A stretch of 63,991 nt of DNA, the filler included, from Hausera hauseri (lineage: Eukaryota): NCBI GenBank assembly GCA_046269625.1. It is 10 parts of 10 records of this genome, joined end to end, with 100 filler letters (N's around TTAATTAATTAA, not from the genome) between each part and the next. Parts side by side here need not be neighbours in the genome. Positions count along the whole stretch, not along the records: positions 59,926 to 63,991 come from JBJURY010783979.1; 9 more parts are not named here. One strand, written 5' to 3'. This document shows positions 60,373 to 63,991 of the stretch, piece by piece. The notes under the pieces were generated by a model. That model was not told the DNA's origin. It was given only the letters and a program-made list of their open reading frames with translations, and did not search any database. The position numbers and the translations under genes were made by a program. Position 1 is the first letter of the stretch. Each line of letters begins with the position of its first letter.

Positions 60373-61143
60373 AAACTAATTATTAAGCGCCAAATTCAAA
60401 TTTTTTAAACCACTTCGAATCCGTACAGTACGCGTAATTGTGTGTATCACTCTCATAACCGTGTGCCGCCCATCGTCGCCCTTTTACCGTGTGCGTGTAT
60501 CGCTTTTTTCTACCCCATGACTCATCCCGAACCACTTCTTTTCTTCCTTTTATAGGGGGTAGATATTGGCGCGGTATGCTCACTTCTACCTACTTCTCTT
60601 AGTACATTAATCGGTTTGTTCATGTATCTGAAATCAATATATGCATTTCGCATGCATTTGACACAAAGTATTTGTGCGTTGCAATGGACTCTGACGTTAT
60701 ATATTTGGATATCTTTGATGCATTTGGATTTTATGAAATTGAAGTACATGTATTTGTTGAATTGCAAAAAGGTTGGAATAGACAGCGTTAAAATGACTGT
60801 ATCCAAGGACAATGATGAAATGTCCTTCAATGTTATGACATAGTTTGGAGTTTGCATTTTATTTTCAAACAGATTGCATTTGTATGTTGTATACTACTCT
60901 ATGTATGCATGCGTATTAAGTCAATAGAAAGGCTATTTGATTTTGTCCCATTGGTGATACCAATCGCCCGACGCTTGCAGCAAGGAAAAAGGGTACGAAG
61001 ACAATAAAAGGTCGTTAATAATTTTAGTTTGAAATAGTTCTTCATTATTCTCTCTCCCATCCCAAAAAGCGCCCCTTCTTGCGCAGCATCCTCGCTGATT
61101 TGGCTGGGCTACGTCACGGTTGAGCAATGGCTTCGCGTCGCTC

Positions 61144-61868
61144 TATCTAACGGTTATCAATTTTTTGAACAGTTTTAGTTTCACACTTAAATTTCAGTGC
61201 TTTGGGAAATTTTTTGCACAGTTCCTTTTGCTTTTTCTATAAATTTTTGGACTATGATTTTGCTTCTTTATTATTTATTGATTTTATTTTTTTTTATTTT
61301 TTTACTAAAACGCTGCTTTATTTACTTTAGTAGTTGTACATGGTGCAGTTATGGTTAACTTTTGTCATTTCACAACCACCAACTTGCAACTCCTTGTCCT
61401 CCAGCAATTAAAGAAACAGTTGACCGAAGCCCAAAGCTGCTGAAAGAAAAGTACATTTATGTGAACGGTTTAAGGCCAAAGTTGAAGACCAGACGAAAGT
61501 AATATTTTGCCTGCAGAAATAAAGTGAAGAACTTGTTCAGCAGCCTATAGGGATAATAAAAACAAATGGAGGGCAAGGAGACAGGCGGAGAATATAGAGC
61601 AGCCTAAAACGGAAAAAGAAATGGAAGACAAGGATGTGGAAGTTGGTTGTGTTGAAATGACAAATGTTTACCACAACTGCACCATCTACAACTACTACAG
61701 TAAATAAAGTAGGGTGGTATTAAAAAAAGAAAATAAAAAAAATATAAATATTGAAAAAGCAAAAAATTCAAAGTCCAAAAAATTTATAGAAAAAGGCAAA
61801 AAGAACTGCAAAATATTTCCCAAAGCCCTGAAAATAAAACTGTCCAAAAAATTTACCACCGTTAGATA
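61144..61868. mobile_element. Foldback/MITE with long degenerate inverted arms (~61144-61402 vs ~61622-61868)
   Basis: tatctaacgg.../...ccgttagata termini. ctataaatttttggact pairs with agtccaaaaaatttatag, and tggtgcagtt pairs with aactgcacca. Confidence 0.8.
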
Positions 61869-62879
61869 ATTGGCATTTTGATTGCCTTTGCGCTTTCGTC
61901 TTTGCCGGTGCACTTTACTTCATCCGCTGAAAATTTTTACGTGCATTCTTTCTCTTGACTATTGCTGAACTTGTGTACGACAAATAATTATCATCAGAAT
62001 CTTGAGTCTGTGCGAGATCTTCGCGCACTTTTCTTATAACAATTTATTCATTTCCGCTCCTTACTGATTTGTCCGGTTTGCCTTCTGAAGTGTCCAGATT
62101 GCCTTTGATTTGTTTGCTGTACTGCCCACTCTACTACTCTTCGGATTGTCTAAATCAACTTCTGATTGTCTGTTGACAATGTCCGCTGCTGCGACAATAA
62201 ATTCTTCTTCCAACATTTGTGTATTGTTCATTTTTCGAGCGTTTAGAGACAAAATAATCACAAACGCTGAAATATACTCTTTGAGAAGCTCTTCTTTTCG
62301 AAGCAGAAGGTCTGAAACTGCTGAAACATGGAAAAATTTTAATGCACACGATTTTGTATGCGCACAAAAAATAGAATCACACGTGATTTTTTGATACACG
62401 CATATTCATGCACACAACATTACCTAAAAATGTGATCCTAAACTAGTTTGATTTCTCTTAAAAAGCATAATTTCAAATGTAAATTTCGTTTTAAACAATT
62501 TTCTTTTTTTACATTAATTTTATATGAATGTCAACTTTACAAATACCGCACTTCTGCAGTGCACACTAAGAAAATTGTCACAGAACAATGGAAAAATATC
62601 ACGGAGTTTCATTTTATGGTTCCCATTATTATATATGTCCATTCTGTGAAACTGTTTCGGGACTTTCTTAATCAGAATTTTTTAGTCATCAGAGACCACA
62701 TATCCGATTTCTGTCAAAAGAAAAAAGTTTTTCACAATCAAAAGGAGCCATTGTTGATGGCGACAAAATTGTTCAGATAGAATAATAACAGTGGACAATC
62801 AACCACTGCAGAAGTACAAACAAGAGGAGATCGGAAGCGTTCTAGTATCACTTTGAACGGACGACTTAAGCAATGAAGT

Positions 62880-63991
62880 TAAAGTCATCCAGATAGCATT
62901 GCTTTTAAAAGTCGAATTCGAAAATTTGTACTACCTACAACAGGACAAAATACATTGCAGGATTTTCTGGATTCCATTTTAAATGAATCAGTAGGAATAT
63001 TGGAAGACAATCTGAGAGAGCCGAAGTCTATCAAAGTTTATTTCATGTTAGGAGCCATATATACTGACATAAATGGTGAGGAAACAAAAAGAGCATTTAA
63101 AACAGAACAAGCCAGTTTTGGAACAAAATGCTATTAGTGAATTTTTGGAAAATGAATTTAGACACTTTATACATGAAGCAGAAGAAAGTCAAGAAAAAAA
63201 AACAGCGGTTTGGACACTTTTGGTGACTAAAAATTTAATCATTTGGATACATAAGTATTCTCCATGGAGAGGAAGTTCTTACATTAAGCTGCTTGACTGG
63301 ATTGAAAATAAAAAGGCATGCATTAATGTTAAGAACTGTGATCAATTTTGTTTCAAATATGCATTTTTATCAAAAATTATAGGTCTGAATGCTCAAAGAG
63401 AGGAATTATACAGAGACCTTCAACATTGGTATGATTTCTAATGTATGAGCTTTCCACCATGATTTCATTTTGTTGAGAAATTTGAGAAAATCAATTCAAT
63501 TTCAATTAATATATTTGCGATTGATGATTTACAGGAAATATACCCTCTCAAAGTATGCGAAAGTGAAAAACCAGATCATAGGGACTTGCTTTTACTGGAC
63601 GAAGGGGACAATAATCATTATGTATGAATCAAAAGCCTTTTACGATTGGTCTCTAAACAAGTCTCCAACCACCATGGAAATACTGAAGTGAACAAAAGAT
63701 GCTTGACACATTTCCACGATGATACAGATCAAATGAAAATACAAGAACATAAACAGTGTTTCTATGAAAAGGAGTGCTTACGAGTTGAATTTCAAAAGGA
63801 CTATTGCATAATTTTTAAAGAGTATGAAAAAATGCTCAGAGTACCAATAGTCATTCATTGTGACATTGAAGCAATATTACACGCGATACATGATGTTATT
63901 AAAACTTTTAATTACAGTCCCATAGTACAGCATATCTATTGCATGAACTGTCTTCATTTTGTATGTATGCAAAAGGATTTGATGAAAGGCC
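62880..63991 (+). pseudogene. N-terminal fragment of a further, more divergent pPolB
   Basis: AFKSRIRKF, YSPWRGSSYIKLLDWIENKKACINVKNCDQFCFKYA, FEKIN.ISINIF, HYV*IK, VPIVIHCDIEAIL. Confidence 0.85.

Noticed and set aside
60383-62780. Short ORFs in contig 10
   Set aside because: They have no recognisable domains, and several overlap repeats or the foldback arms.

Overview
This is AT-rich eukaryotic DNA, most likely from an invertebrate. The short ~50-nt intron and the element content suggest a flatworm or planarian, but that is a guess. The window is 10 separate contigs joined by artificial 100-bp N/TTAATTAATTAA/N linkers, so adjacency across linkers carries no meaning. Most of the sequence is repeats and mobile elements: a ~68-bp satellite array, decayed Gypsy pol copies, Tc1/mariner remnants, MITE and foldback elements, four decayed protein-primed PolB (Maverick/Polinton/adintovirus-like) copies, and two BEL/Pao elements. 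Host-like gene pieces are a TAF3/TAF8-like histone-fold gene, a ch-TOG/XMAP215 exon and a CYLD-like deubiquitinase ORF. Three things stand out. (1) A nearly intact BEL/Pao element has a ubiquitin-like domain ending in LKGG directly before Gag, has CCCH rather than CCHC zinc fingers, and is followed on the same strand by an uninterrupted CYLD-like ORF. (2) A decayed >1,300-codon ORF combines a coiled coil, an AT-hook and a chuvirus-type (class III) glycoprotein. (3) A compact co-oriented cassette encodes a TM-ankyrin protein, an inactive DEDDh exonuclease and three RING fingers. All assignments come from reading motifs by eye; no searches were run.
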